From NCBI GenBank assembly GCA_030704615.1, contig CM060731.1, forward strand, positions 65,844,001-65,908,000: a DNA stretch of 64,000 bases. The letters run 5' to 3'. A program made the position numbers and the translations under genes. This document shows, piece by piece, positions 25,855-39,500 of this stretch. Numbering within the stretch: the stretch's first letter is position 1; the number at the start of each line of letters is the position of its first letter. The notes below the pieces were generated by a model. The model was not told where the DNA came from, made no database searches, and saw only the letters and a program-made list of their open reading frames with translations. Origin of the DNA: Takakia lepidozioides (lineage: Eukaryota > Plantae > Bryophyta).

Positions 25855-27283
25855 CACTCTGATTGTTCGCGGCCTTCCGTGGCTCCAACCGCCACGACTC
25901 CTCACGGCTCGCCCTAGGCGCTCGTTGGCCACGGGCTGCCCAGTGATACCCCGAGGTACCACCCCCACGAGCCTTCACGGCCCGCCATCCCCACGATCTG
26001 GTCACCGTGCCAACCCGTTGTGTCCGCACCACGGTTTCCAACGGTCACGGTCAACAGTCATGACCTGGGCTCGTGGTATCTCGTGATACCGCCCCAACGG
26101 CCCATTATGACCAATATTCCTTGCGTTCCCTGGAACTCCCAACGAGTTCTCATGCGTTCCAGGGCGTTCCCACGAGTTCTCATGTATTCACACACGTTCC
26201 CGAGCTCTTCCCGAGCTGGGGTTTGCTCCTGCACCTGCTGCCGCTAAGCTATGGCTTCTGCGAAGCCTCCAGACCTGTTGTCATGCTCTCTTTGGCTCTC
26301 ACGACCCACCAGAGGCACCCTAAACTCAACAAGCAAGCAATATGCTGCCCGACAAGCTCCATTTCTTCATGAAGCTCACAAAAAACGAATCTGAAAATAC
26401 ACACCTTACAAACTTGGTGCACATGCACTTGTCATGCATATCCCCTGGCTCTAGGACGCCTCACCGCTGCCCTTCCAGCCCTACTCTTGTTACTCCAAGA
26501 GCCCTTACACTGCTGAGTTTCATATTGAAACTCCAACTCAGCACATGCTTCACAAGTGCACTGATTTGCACACAAAAGGGACCAGCCCCCTCTCTTCACT
26601 CATACCTCTTCATGAGCTTGGAGCTGAAACTCCCAACGGGCTGCGATGCATCCCCTCGCAGCTCCTTAACTCGGCCTGCAGCTGAAGAAGACGACCACCA
26701 GTTCGCCCACTCGTGGCCAGCATCTCCTCCGCTTCACATTAGAACCACATACTCAGTTGTCATAGCGTTGAGCTATGCAACATTAACCACCTCTCTATCC
26801 ATTGCAAACCTGCAACCTGTTCGCCTTTGTACTCTATCCGCTTTGGATAGGCTTTTGCATGGATCCCTGCACTCTAGGCTGAACCGTTTCTCATGATCTG
26901 AAAACACAAGTGCTACAACTAACTCGAACCTGGCACTCACAAACTCAAACTCATCTTTCTCGAGTGATATAGAAAGGATTGATACAAGCACACAAGCTCT
27001 CTCAAACTCACACACTTGCACATGAAAACATCACTCATATTAAGTCGAGCCAAGTGCACCCCACGCCATGGGGAATCCACACTACGGCGCCATAGCTAGA
27101 CACGGTGAGGCTCAACTCGAGAAAGATGAGCCCACCGCGCTTTGCTTTGAAGATAACAATGTCAGGTGCCCAAACATGTATTGGCCCCTGGATTGACACC
27201 CGGGTCAATCCCAAATGTCAATATATAAAAGCTAGTTATTTCCTAGCTAAGTTCACACCAGTGGTAAAATAACTTGACATAGG

Positions 27284-27570
27284 ATTTTCTACCGCGGGGA
27301 AACAGAATAAGCTAAATTGCTATTTGTATTTGCTCTAAGGATCTTTCAGAGCCGCTCTAAGGATTTATTAGAGCGGGAAAACAAAAAAAATCTAAATGGC
27401 TATTCACATTTGATCTAAGCATTACTTAGAGCAAGAAAACAAAATAAACGATATTGCTATTTGCAATCGCTCTAAGGATCCCTTAGAGCCGCTCTGAGCC
27501 GCTCTAAGGATTTTTTTAGAGTGATTAAAAAAACAACACATTCACACTAAGAGTTTCTTAGAATCACTCT
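27284..27570 (+). repeat. Palindromic-core tandem array 1, right part
   Basis: Same units as 17810-18397. Confidence 0.8.
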
Positions 27571-28759
27571 AAAGATTTCTTATTGCGTCATTGGATTGAA
27601 TTGGTATATAATATTACGATCAATATTATACATGTCATATTTGATGTATACATATAGATATATACACATTATACAATATACGAATATGAATTCCTATATC
27701 AGATTGGACTGGTTTCAGCCCTGGTTTTCACCAAAAAAAAAAAATTGTATAGGGATTCGAACCCTTATAGCTATCCATTATAGCATACAAAATTATGGCC
27801 CAAAGGCCTTAAAGATTAACCATGAAGGTTTAAAAAAAAATTGGAGATTTTGAAATGTAACATGATAAACAATTTGATTGAATGGATTTTTGAATTTATT
27901 GAAATGATGAAATCTGAGGTTGGAAACATGGTACAATATAGTATTATACATTATACATTATATATATTTTTATATATTTTTGTATTTAAAATATTAAATA
28001 CATATTATATTATTATATATACATTTTAAGAATTTATTATTCATTAAATAAATTCGTTAATATAAATAATATATTTGAAATATTTAAAGTTTTTGAGATA
28101 TAATATGATAGACAACTTGATTAGATTTAAATTGGAATGATGAATCTGACATTGAAAGCATGACAAAAATTGATAATATTTTTATTTTTATAATATATAA
28201 TATACAAAATTATGTTTAAATAATCAAATATATTATAATTTTAGTTCTTTTAAATAAATATATTAGTATGTTTATTATATAAATAATATAAATATTTAAG
28301 ATTTGAAATTTGAAATAAAAAATGTAATGATAAGATATAAAGTGATATGAATAAATAAATATGTAGTAAGTAATAATAACAAATGATTGTAACTGATAAT
28401 GATTGATTTAGGATAATGGATGGAATGATAATTGACTAGTTGATGGATAGAATGATAGTTGATTTATGTAGTGACGCCGTTATGTTATAGCTAGATTTAA
28501 AATACACTTTATTATTATTAAATTTATTATATATTTAATATAAATATTCGTTTTCATATACTTATTTATACTATATATATAATTCTGATTATAATTAAAT
28601 ATTTATAATCTCTAAGTTGTATATACTATATTGATATCATGCTTGAATATCATATATACTATAGATTATGATGTATTATTCAAGTGGCATAATCACAGTG
28701 TAATGAATTTTGATAGTTTTTTTGGTAGTTATCTGATTGTGTGTCTGATATGTTAGAAG

Positions 28760-29950
28760 AAAACAAAACAAAACAAAACAAAAGAGAAAGAACGAAGAGA
28801 AAAAATGAAGAGAAAGAAAAAAATGAAACTTCTATTCCATTGAACAACTCACACAGAAATACAAAGAATAGAGATAAAAAAGAAACATAAAAAAAGACAG
28901 AAAGTGAAAGAAAAAAACAAATGAAGACTACTCAGAAAAACTAGGAGACAGTTTTATTTTGTCACAGAACTGAAAGAACAAAGAAACATAACAAACAACA
29001 GAAGCAAAGAAGAAAGACAAACGAAGAGGAAAGAAACAAAACGAAAGAGAAAGAACGAAGAGAAAAAAAGAATGGAAAGTTCTATTTTGATGTACAATTC
29101 ACACAGAAATACAAAGAATAGAGATCGGAAAGAAGAACAGAAAGCGACGGAAAAAAACAAATGAAGGCTACTCAGACTTAGAGCTAGGAGACAGTTCATT
29201 TTGCCACAGAACCGAAAGAACAAAGCAACATAAACAAACAACAAAAATAAAAAAGAAATACAAACAAAGAGGAAAGAAAACAAAACGAAAGAGAAAGAAC
29301 GAATAGAAAGTCATATTCCGCTGAACAACTCACACAGAAATATAAAGAACAGATTTCAGAAAGAAATATACACAAAGAACAAAAAATGAAAAGAAAAAAA
29401 CAAATGAAGGCTATTGAGAAGAACTAAGAGACAGTTCTATTTTGCCACAGAACCGTAAGAACAAAGAAACATAAACAAACAAGAGAAGCAAAGAAGAAAT
29501 ACAAACAATGGCAAAAGAGCAGAACTGATAGACAATTTTATTCTATACAAAAAGCTTGCTTGTAGAAGAAAGTGAAGGAAATGATCATCGTTCTGCATAC
29601 TTATAGAGTTTTTAAAGAAAAAAAAAAAACAACAGAATGAAAGAGAAAAAACAAGAGAAAGTTCTGTTCTATCGAAAAACTCACACAGAAAGACAAAGAA
29701 TAGAGATTAGAAAGAAACATAAACAGAGAACCAAAAGTGAAGAACATAGACAAAAGAAACTACTGAGAAGAACTAAAAACATTGCCAAAGAACCGGAAGA
29801 ATAGAGAACCATAAACTAGCAACATAAACAAAGAAGAAACACAGAAACAAAGTTAACAGAGCAAAACTGAGAGATAGTTCTATTGTCTGCAAACAACTTG
29901 TGGAAGAAAGAGAAGAAAATGATCCTCGTTTTCTATACTTATAGGGAAAA
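28760..29950. repeat. A-rich degenerate tandem repeat (~4 units of ~230-340 bp)
   Basis: Recurring ACTCACACAGAAAnACAAAGAATAGAGAT...CTACT.AG...ACAGAAC..AAGAACAAAG blocks near 28843, 29093, 29323 and 29672. Confidence 0.75.
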
Positions 29951-30249
29951 AAATGAGGTACAGTCTAAAAAGAATGAATGAAAAATAAAATAATTGGATG
30001 AAAACAAAATGAAAAGTTGCTATTTATTAACCTTATCCCACACACTTTTTGAATAAGTAATAACTCATGAAGGTTTATTTAAAAATGGATGTTGGTGCTT
30101 TACAAATAGCTGTATGAACGTCTATGGCTGACAAAATCTTGTTTTAATTGTAATAAATGGTGTCACCTACAAAATTTTGTCAGTACATACCAATAAATAG
30201 TACACGTGATTCTTAAATGTAATGATCAAAGTTGATATATATATATATT

Positions 30250-31790
30250 TCCCCTTAGGACTTCTTAGGGCCACCCTAGGGAGTCCTAAGAGCAATAAAA
30301 AATACCAATTTGTATATTTCTATTTTCCCTTCTTAGGACTCCTTAGGGCAGTCCTAAGGAGTCCTAAGGGCAATTATAGATAATAATTATATGTTCCATT
30401 TCCCCTCTTATAATACCTTAGGATGCCTAAACGGGTCTTAATGGCAATTATTTATGTCTTTCCATTTTACTCCTCTTAGGACTCCTTAGGATTAAGAAGT
30501 CCTAAGGGTAATTATAAATAATAATATATATGTTTTTATTTTCCTATAATTTATATATTTCCATTTTTCCCCTCTTAGGACTCCTTAGGGCCACCCTAAG
30601 GAGTCCTAAGGGCAATTATAAATAGTAATTTACATCTTTCAATTTTTCCCTTCTTACTAAGAGCAATTATAGATAATAATTTATACGTTTCCATTCTCCC
30701 TCTCTTATAACCCCTTAGGCTGCCTAAACTGGTCTTAAGGGAAAATATTTATGTCTTTCTATTTTTTTCCTTTTATGACTCCTTAGATCTGTCCTTTGAA
30801 GCCCTAAGGATAATTATAATTTATAATTTCTACTTTTTTATTCTCCCCTCTCTTAGGACTCCTTAGGGCCGTCATGAGGAGTCCTAAGGGCAAATATAAA
30901 TAATAATTTATACGTTCTATTTTCCCCCTCTTATAACCCTTTAGGCTACCGGGTCTTAAGGGCAATTATTTATGTCTTTCTATTTTTCTCCTCTTATGAC
31001 TCCGTAGGACTGTCCTAAGAAGCCCTAAGGATAATTATAAATAATAATTTATATACTTTTATTTTATCCCTCTCTTAGGACTCATTAGGGCTGCCCTACG
31101 AAGTCCTAAGGACAATTATAATAATAATTTAAATATTTTTATTTTCCCCTCTATGACTCCTTAGGGCAGTCTTAAGGAGTACTAAGAGAAATTATAGATA
31201 ATAATTATATGTTCCATTTTCCCCCTCTTATAATTCCTTAGGTTGCCTCAACGGGTCTTAAGGGCAATTATTTATGTCTTTCCATTTTTCTCCTCTTAGG
31301 ATTCCTTAGGACTATCCTAAGAAGTCCTAAAGGTAATTATAAATAATAATATATATGTTTTTTTTCCCTATAATTTATATATTTCCATTTTCTCCCTCTT
31401 TAGACTCCTTAGGAGTCCCCAGGGCAATTATGAATAATAATTTACATCTTTCAATTTTCCCCTTTTACTAAGGGCAGTTATAGATAATAATCTATATGTT
31501 TCCAATATCCCTCTCTTATAACCCCTTAGACTGCCTAAATGGGTCTTAAGGGCAAATATTTATGTCTTTCCATTTTTTTTCCTCTTACGGCTCTTTAGGA
31601 CTGTCCTAAGAAGTCCTAAGGGTAATTATAAATAATAATATATATGTTTTCATTTCCCCCCTCTTAGAACTCCTTAGGGCCGCCCTAAGGAGTAATAAGG
31701 GCAATTAAAATTAATAATTTATATATTTCTATTTTCCCCCCTCTTAGGACTCCTTAGGGCAATCCTAAGGAGTCCTAAGGGCAGTTAGAA
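30250..31790. repeat. Palindromic-core tandem array 2 (~20 units of ~70-100 bp)
   Basis: Core CTTAGGACTCCTTAGGG-n3-CCCTAAGGAGTCCTAAG with similar AT-rich linkers and alternating unit subtypes. Bracketed by a ~90-bp direct repeat (~30150-30240 and ~31887-31976). Confidence 0.9.
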
Positions 31791-34121
31791 ATAATAATAT
31801 ATATCTTATTATTTTTCTATTTTTAACATAGGTACTTACACGTAAAGTTTTATTTCAAAAAAGGTTGTCATGTTTTTTTTTTCTTTTAATAAATGATGAC
31901 AACCTACCAATTTTGTCGGTACATACCAATAAATAGTATATGAGATTCATAAATATAATGACCAAAGTTGATATATTTATTATAGTAGTTTATATTTTTT
32001 CGATTTTCCTTAGGAAATATTCTTTTCTCTTAGAGTTTTCAAGTCTCTCATGATCTCGCTTAGCCTCTTCCAACTTTTCTGTACATCTTCCGCAGTTTTT
32101 GACAATGTTGCCTATAGTCCGACTCTCTTAATTAATTACAGTAAAAAGAAAAAAATAGATTGAAATACTTAAAATCAGATTGTTACATGTCTGATCTTTA
32201 GATATTTAGAAAATGAAAGTGAGACTGAATGTTGTGTGATAGATCTTTGAATATATATATACACACACATATATATATAACATACTTGACTTTACACGTT
32301 TAAGAGCATTGTGTAGTTACAAGTGACTGGTTGTATAAAAGTTAAATTTTGAATAATGTTTTATTATTTTTAATAATAAATATGTGTTGATTTAATTCGT
32401 ACAGTAATATAACTTTTAATGATTCTAATAAGCTTAGGTTATGACTAAAAAGATGAATACCGTAGTACCTTGGCAATTTCGACACAAATTTTAATATTTC
32501 AAAGATTGTTGAAAATTTTGGAAATTGATTTTGCGAAATTAAATAACTTTTTGAATAATAATAAAACATCTTTGGGAATATTCCATATGTTGAAATGAAA
32601 CTCTCAAAATAAAATAAATATTCGAGAGATGATTGTCGATCTTGCCAAGGTGCTACGGTACTAAAAATAACTAAAATATGATTAAAATATAAAGATAAAC
32701 TATTAAATGTTTTATTGCTATATGCAACTCGTTCTTCCACTTAAGTCTAGACTCAAGTGGTCTGGTCTTTGAATCATATTACATTGTTGCTGCTTTTGTT
32801 CATGTTTACAATATTCTTTAAACATTAGTTCATTCATGTACCACACATTCTTTATAACTAAATAAACAAACATCCAATTTCATTGTAGTATATGGATTTC
32901 AATTCTTCACAAAGGGGGGGGCCTTGGCATAGGAGATGCACTTGGATACATGGGGGGATTGCACCTGGAGTTAGACACTTGGGCCAACGGCCAGGCTACC
33001 CTACTTGTAGTAATGTTACCAGGGCAATTGCATCTTTATGCGTCAAAACAACACTATGACATCAATACCAAATACCATATAATGTAAACTGTTTTTTAGT
33101 GATCCAAAGGAGGACATGATGGAAACCAAGCATAGAATATAGACACACAGGCTTGGACAGTCCGATAGAGAGATGATGAAGATTATGTATAGGGTAATGC
33201 CCTGACTGGAGGGCATTCCCGGATTTAAGGGCATGACGCCTAGGGCGGTAGCCCGAAATCCGGGAATGCCCCACACAAGGGGCGTAAAGAAATGCCAAAA
33301 AAAATTAAAAAAATATACAGCCCAGCTCAGCCCTTCGCCGGCGTAAAAAGCCAACCTGCCCTGAAAAGGTCCCCAAAATCCAACCTGTCAATCTGTCCTT
33401 AAAAAGCCAACTTGTCCCCAAAAATCATCATCTTACGAAATTTGTTAAGGCCCTAGGTGTCTTATGTTTGACGTAGGGCGCGACCCCCTTTCAGGACGAA
33501 AACTTTCCATCTACAGAGTCTCATCCATCGGGACTCCGTCTTCTCCAAAAGTTCATCCATTGGATCAGAAGAGTGAGAGAGAAGCAGGCTGTCGGTTGAT
33601 GGGCAGTTTCTACCCCTTCGTTTCACGTTCCTGTGACTCTTCGCTCCTTCCCACGACCCTTCTTCCCCCTTCGTGACCTCTCACGCTTTGCCTTAGAAGC
33701 TTTGCCTGGAACCCATGTAATTTCCAGGCAGAGAGACAGGGACAGCATCAGCATCTCTCACCTTCAGCCTTGACCTGCTGCCCTGAGCCCAGTTACTTAA
33801 CGCATTGTCAATTTGAAATCTCTGAGAGAGACACACACTGGCACTGGTGTGTTGACAGCGTGCGTATGAATCTGAGAGAGAAGGGGATGTATGCATATCC
33901 TCACGTTCTGCCTTCTTTCACCCTACTTTCCTTTTTATGCGAGAAAGTGCAGAGGGTGGTCGAGGAGGAGAGATAGTTCTTACGATCATGTCAGAGAACC
34001 ATGGAAGAATGGATAGATATGCGACCTGATTAAGAGCCAGCAGAGTACAGAAAGGATCATTAGGGAACAGGAGGAGGGAGGGAGAGTGACATAGGCAGAT
34101 AGGAAGCAGCTACAGAGAGTT

Positions 34122-36026
34122 ATGGGAGGAGGACCCATATTTAATAATGTTGCGCTACCCAATTGCGCTCACATCCCCTCCCTGCTGGGTGCTACCTGCC
34201 AAAATTGTGGAGAATGTGCACCCTGTGACAAGGAAAAAATCTTCGAGCGCAGGAGAGACGAGTTAGGTGGTGGCTTGCAAATGAGGAGAAAAGGAGTAGG
34301 GGCTAGATGTGTCAAAACGGTGCTAAATGTTGTGACCCCCATCATGCCCCTACCTACTGTCTCTCATGTTCCATACTGGGAGAGTGATGAATGGGACTTC
34401 TCTGCCTCAAGGTACGGCAAGAGGGACTGTGAGAATTTGATGTCCCCCTTAGACCTGGTTGCATTTGTATCTGTGCCAACACGTGAGGAGGTCGAAGAGG
34501 CCACTCGAGACTTCCAGGACGCTCTGCAACTTTGGTGAGTTTTCTTGAGTTCATCTAAGTTGTCTTATTTTGGTTTTTGAAAATCTCCTGGATTTCATTT
34601 CTCAAGACATCATGGGTGACTATTGCAGCTAGGTTAACTTCCAGACCTGGAAAACATAGAAGTTAGAAAATCTGAATCCATTGTCCTGGTTTCTTTGAAT
34701 GCTTTGGCAGTGGAAAACTAGCCCCAGTGCCAGAACCTCAAGTTGAATCGACCTCTCCTAACTCAGCCGCTATATCCTTTAACTCTGGAGAACAACAACA
34801 CCTCAAATTTCCCAGTAATACACAAGGACCAGTCAGTGGCGAGAATGAGCCCAACCAGTGTGGCCAAATTGAAAAGATTTTGGCCCTAGATTGGCCAGTC
34901 AAGCCCCCTTCCATGGGCTCTGTCGAAGGACAGCTTACCCAACCAGGAGGGAGAAGCGCCACAGTGTTGGAAGCCCTTTCTCAACTGCAGTGCAACCCGC
35001 CTGCTTGGGTAAGGCCAGATAGACACTAGTTTTTCAGGACAGTAAAGCAGCTGGAAAGGGGGATGAAATGAATATCTTTTGAAGATCTGCTTGTCACCAG
35101 TGCCTCCAAGCTTTCCACATTCATTCCTGGGATGGGTAAATCTAAATTTAAGGCTGACCGCAATTCCCATGTCGCCAGAAACACATATATCACAGATGCC
35201 ATATGCCTATTGACCCAATTTTCAAACGGACCAAGTGGGGAAACACAAGTAGAGTGTGGTGTGTATATAACTGATTTGTTGTGTGTGACTTCGAGGGGGG
35301 GCGTGCATGGCACAGAGTATGTTTATGTCAATAGCAACCAACAAGGCAGTGTGGGAGTCCGTATTGAAAGTCGAACACGTCCAAGAGTTCATGCAACATT
35401 ATGGCTGCAACCCTCTAGACTCTAAGGGTGAAACACCCTCCCCATCTTGACAACCTTTGAGCTGTTTCTTTGAAAATGTCAATATCACTGGGTGTGTAAC
35501 TGTTGGACCTGAGGAAGATGTCAGGATCCGTGAACCTGACTTAGTGCAGTAACATTGCTGTGTGTATACTTTGGGAGTTCAACTTACATCTTAACCATAC
35601 TTGTAAAAGTGGGCACCACTGGCATCCTCTTGAAGTCTACTGAACTTGGGTATCCTAATCTTAGTGTGTGTTACCACTGAAAGCTTCAAATTGTGCTCCT
35701 CAGTGTTTGCTTGCAATGGGGGAGATCAAGCCAAGAAGAGTCATGCCCAGGGTAAAAGCTCTCGTCCAAACATTTTCGTGCGAGCATTTAGATGCACAAA
35801 GAGTGCAGTTTCGAAGTTCATAGACTCAATCATGGAGGCTATGTTGGACATTACCAATGGGTTCCTGGGATTGGCTGACAAAAGCCTACATGCAATTAGT
35901 GACCCTGATGGAGATCCATTCAACCGGACAGTGAAGTATTGCACTGTGTTTGCAGTGCTGGTCCTGGCCCTTGTGGTTGTCAAGCGCTCCAGTACTGTGG
36001 CACAATGTGTTTCCAAAGTTGAATAG
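34122..36026 (+). CDS. UCP012943-like plant protein with C-terminal TM helix (exons 34122-34534, 34711-35008, last exon to 36026; acceptor uncertain)
   Basis: MGGG start, DEWDF, FVSVPTREEVEEATRDFQDAL, EALSQLQCNP and the C-terminal FNRTVKYCTVFAVLVLALVVVKR resemble this family. Exon 1-2 phases are consistent. Confidence 0.6.
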
Positions 36027-36540
36027 AACACAAGACTGAAATGGTCTCTTGCACTATTCAACAAACATTCTCCTTTCATGAACTTTTGTTTGTTAGTACC
36101 TCTTTGTGCAAAGAACACGGGATTTCCATTGCTATCCCACTCCTTATTTCAGTTTGCTTGTGCAACAATGTGACATTCCTCATCAGCTAATTCAGATATG
36201 AATTAAACCAACCAGTCACTGCATTGGCTTGTAGCAAGATTCCAGCATGGACCCTGAAAGCAACAAAGAACTAACCCTTACACAATCATGGCTAGGGCAC
36301 ATCTGTTTAGAAGGCCCTTTCAACATTTGCAGAACTTCACTGTGTATCCCAATTTCCAACTTGTATGCCAAGAAGAACCGCTATAGATTGAATTGATTTT
36401 CAGATGTTTAGATCACTCATCCTCGTGAAGGCAGGTCCTTTGTTCTATCACCCAGCAGGGCTCAACCCACTGGTTTGCATAGTGACCTCACTTGGGACTC
36501 GCATGTGGAGTTGGAGGCTACTGTGTTATTCAACGTAACT

Positions 36541-39500
36541 TTACACATTACTACGCAAATGAGAGTCATGTTGTAAATTCATAAGCTCGCTGAGTGTAAC
36601 CACCATGTATCCTTGTCTTCTCAATTCTGGTAACAGCATCCTCAGAACCTGCATTTCACACTTGTTGTCTTCAGCAATCCTTGTAGTCCCTCAGGAATTT
36701 GACACAACCAAAAGGAGGAGATAATGAAAACTTCACCTAAACATACGCTACGTCAGTGTGCTAGCATCTTTACAAATTGGCAATAAGGAATCAGCAGGCC
36801 TTATGTTTCTGTGTAGTCTTTCAAGGTGAAGTTCTCACGGCCAAACTATTATTCGTGACATACAAAAATGCCTCCCACATGTACTAGAATGATTACTGGT
36901 GAAGAATACAGTCTTCAACCCACTTTCCGAGGAGGTAGTACCTGTGGGGTTTGCTCCCATTGAGGTAGTCGATCATGCAGTATGATGACTGCACCTGGAT
37001 GCATCTTCATACCAAACATGCACCCAATCCATCCTTACAACTGTTTTTTGTTTGGGAAGTCACAGACATGTCATCTTAGCCAGGTCCCCCATCTCTAAAT
37101 TGAACCATTGTGGCTGGTACACAAACCGCCATGCCAGGATACACCTCAGAGTGTTGAACTACTCAAGCCCATTGCCAAAAGTAAATCCGAAAAGACATTA
37201 AGCTTCCTGTCAACAAACTAGTCGAGTTCTGAAAGCACGATCCACATTAGTCATCCAAAATAACAGCATCTAGCTCGCAGTACTTAGTGACTTGTATAAG
37301 CTCAGTTGCAGCACCCAATGTGTCAGGGCATAATTCCACCCCAGGCAACTCAAAGAATCCTGAGTTACACATTCAGCCCCAAATGTTTCCTTGGAATTAT
37401 CAAACATGGTCAACCTCCCACTAGCAACAACTTGAAATCTTGTTACCATCTTCAATGTTAATGGAGCATGGAGGGAAAATTTACACACGAATCGCTTTAC
37501 ATTCGAGAAGAAGATAGAGCAGAGAAGTCACCCGCCATAGCATGTTGTTGACGAGGAGCCTGGCTTGGTCCTTAAACATGTGGTCCAGAGGAAACAAAGA
37601 CCCCAAGGCTATCCTATAGCCATGTGCCTTGCAAACATTCACGATTTTCCTATTGTAGAAACCATGGCCCTGCCACAGCAGCAGTAAAGTTAACGATTAA
37701 GGGCATGGTTGCCGCAAGACACCAACTCTCCCTAGAAAATTTCTGGGGCTTCAACCTAGCAGGCTACATACGGCAACCTCCAGCATTATGCCACTGCCAG
37801 CACATGCACACTTGATCCCCTTTCCTTGTCAGCCGTGCCAGGGCGCTGTAACACTCTAGCTTGAGACACATGTTGCAATGTGGTTGTACTGCAAGTCACA
37901 ACGTTACAAAATGGCAGAGGGGAGAGAGATACAGATGCTATTAGATCCCAACTGACACCTGTCAATGTGGCTATTGAGCAAGCTTTGATCACTTCACTGA
38001 ACAAGATGCTAGATTCTTGACTTAAAATTCAGACAACCCAAATCTGACAATTACACAACTTAGTACTTACAGGGCGAAACCACTTTATGGGGTTGTCACT
38101 TGTATCGTACTGGAAGAAGCTATTGATACGATTGTCCACTGCTATAAGTTGCTCCTCAAATTCCTCCTGACATGGCACACAGAAGGTCCAAAGTATTTTG
38201 AAATGTTTATTTGGCCTAGTGAGTTGAATTCTCTCACTGAACTAAAACCATCTTAGGTCCAATTGAGCAAATCAACGATTTTATCAGGCTCAAAGTGTTC
38301 GAAACACATACCGGCGAAAGGCTCCAGCTAGCCACATCCCTCATTGTATGATTGCCTACCTCGTGACCTGTCCTGATGAACCCACGAAAGGGGATCAGTG
38401 AGTATGTGCAAAGATGTGGTAGACCACAAATCTAAACTTCTCATGTGGACAAAGATTCAGCAGTATTCTGAACTGCTTGTTCTAAGGGCCTTTAGTGTTT
38501 AAACTGGTGTGACCTGACTGGTCTGTACCAATATTCCTAAGTCAATAAATGCCTGACCACAATCCCATTCATATATACCAGTACATAAGTGCTGAGATTG
38601 GGTAGAGATCATGCCTTCGGCATGAATTTGCTCCACAAGGCCAGGGCATCTGTCCATGTGTTCACCTATGATAAACCATGTAGCTCTGCACCCATTCTCC
38701 TTCAACACCTTCAACAACTGCCCCCCACAAACCCCAATTGTCCAATTCTTCTGACACTGTTACAAGTTCTTCATATGTTGAAGGTAAAAGACTTTCTAGG
38801 GACTGGTGTAAATCACTACAAGGAGAAATATGGCATAAACCCTCCAATCCTCTTGGGGTTTCCTTAAACCTCCTTAGATAAAAGAATGGGAGAATCCCAA
38901 CCTTTTGAGATGAACAGAAAGGGATGAGGTTTTCAGATTCCAACAATCCCTTCTATCCAACCCTAAAGGTAACTTGTCATAGTTAAAGATGGGAAATCCT
39001 AAAAATGGATGGTGAGCTAAACGGCTATCATATCCAACCCTGCAAACAATATGCATCTTTCAGCTGTGAACTAGGATCTTAGCATATTTACCTGAGTCCT
39101 AACAGTGAGAGATACTTGACAAACCTTTTTCACAAGAAAATGACATTACCTCGACTAACCTAACCCCAGTTATGATAACCAGCCCTCCATTGCCCTCTGG
39201 TCTCATGTCGCTTATGATTTCTCCCTCATCCTCTCACATTTAAGAAGGGAAGGGAGGGAAACAGGGGAAGGTAGATGCCTGGGGAGTGATGTTTGCATGG
39301 GGGCCATCATCAAGGGTGAGCGCCACTACTTTCTCTGCACACACTAGATCCAACCACCCTTAGAAAAGCCAGGGCAGCAATGCGACCACTGGAACTGATG
39401 TCGTGTCCAGTAAGAAGTGAAATAAGGAATATAAATTAACTCAAAGAGGTAAATCTTATTATTGTTACTTATCCACATGAGGGTGGGCTCACTCCATGGC

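Larger units (their letters stand above)
18398..27279 (-). mobile_element. Ty3/gypsy-type retroelement encoding gag, C5 DNA methyltransferase, RT, RNase H, integrase and PHD finger (decayed)
   Basis: Ends TGTCG...TGACA flanked by TAGG/TAGG (18394-18397, 27280-27283). The host repeat unit rejoins across it. Domains are listed as separate features. Confidence 0.88.

Noticed and set aside
25300-27030. Several ORFs (e.g. 26342-26896) in the 5' region of the methyltransferase-gypsy
   Set aside because: No recognisable domain; treated as non-coding leader or terminal DNA.
28954-29283. Phe/Leu-rich 109-aa ORF resembling a membrane protein
   Set aside because: Artefact of the reverse strand of an A-rich tandem repeat.
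30250-31790. CRISPR-like look: palindromic repeats separated by spacers
   Set aside because: The linkers are homologous to each other rather than unique, the repeats vary, there are no cas genes and the context is eukaryotic.
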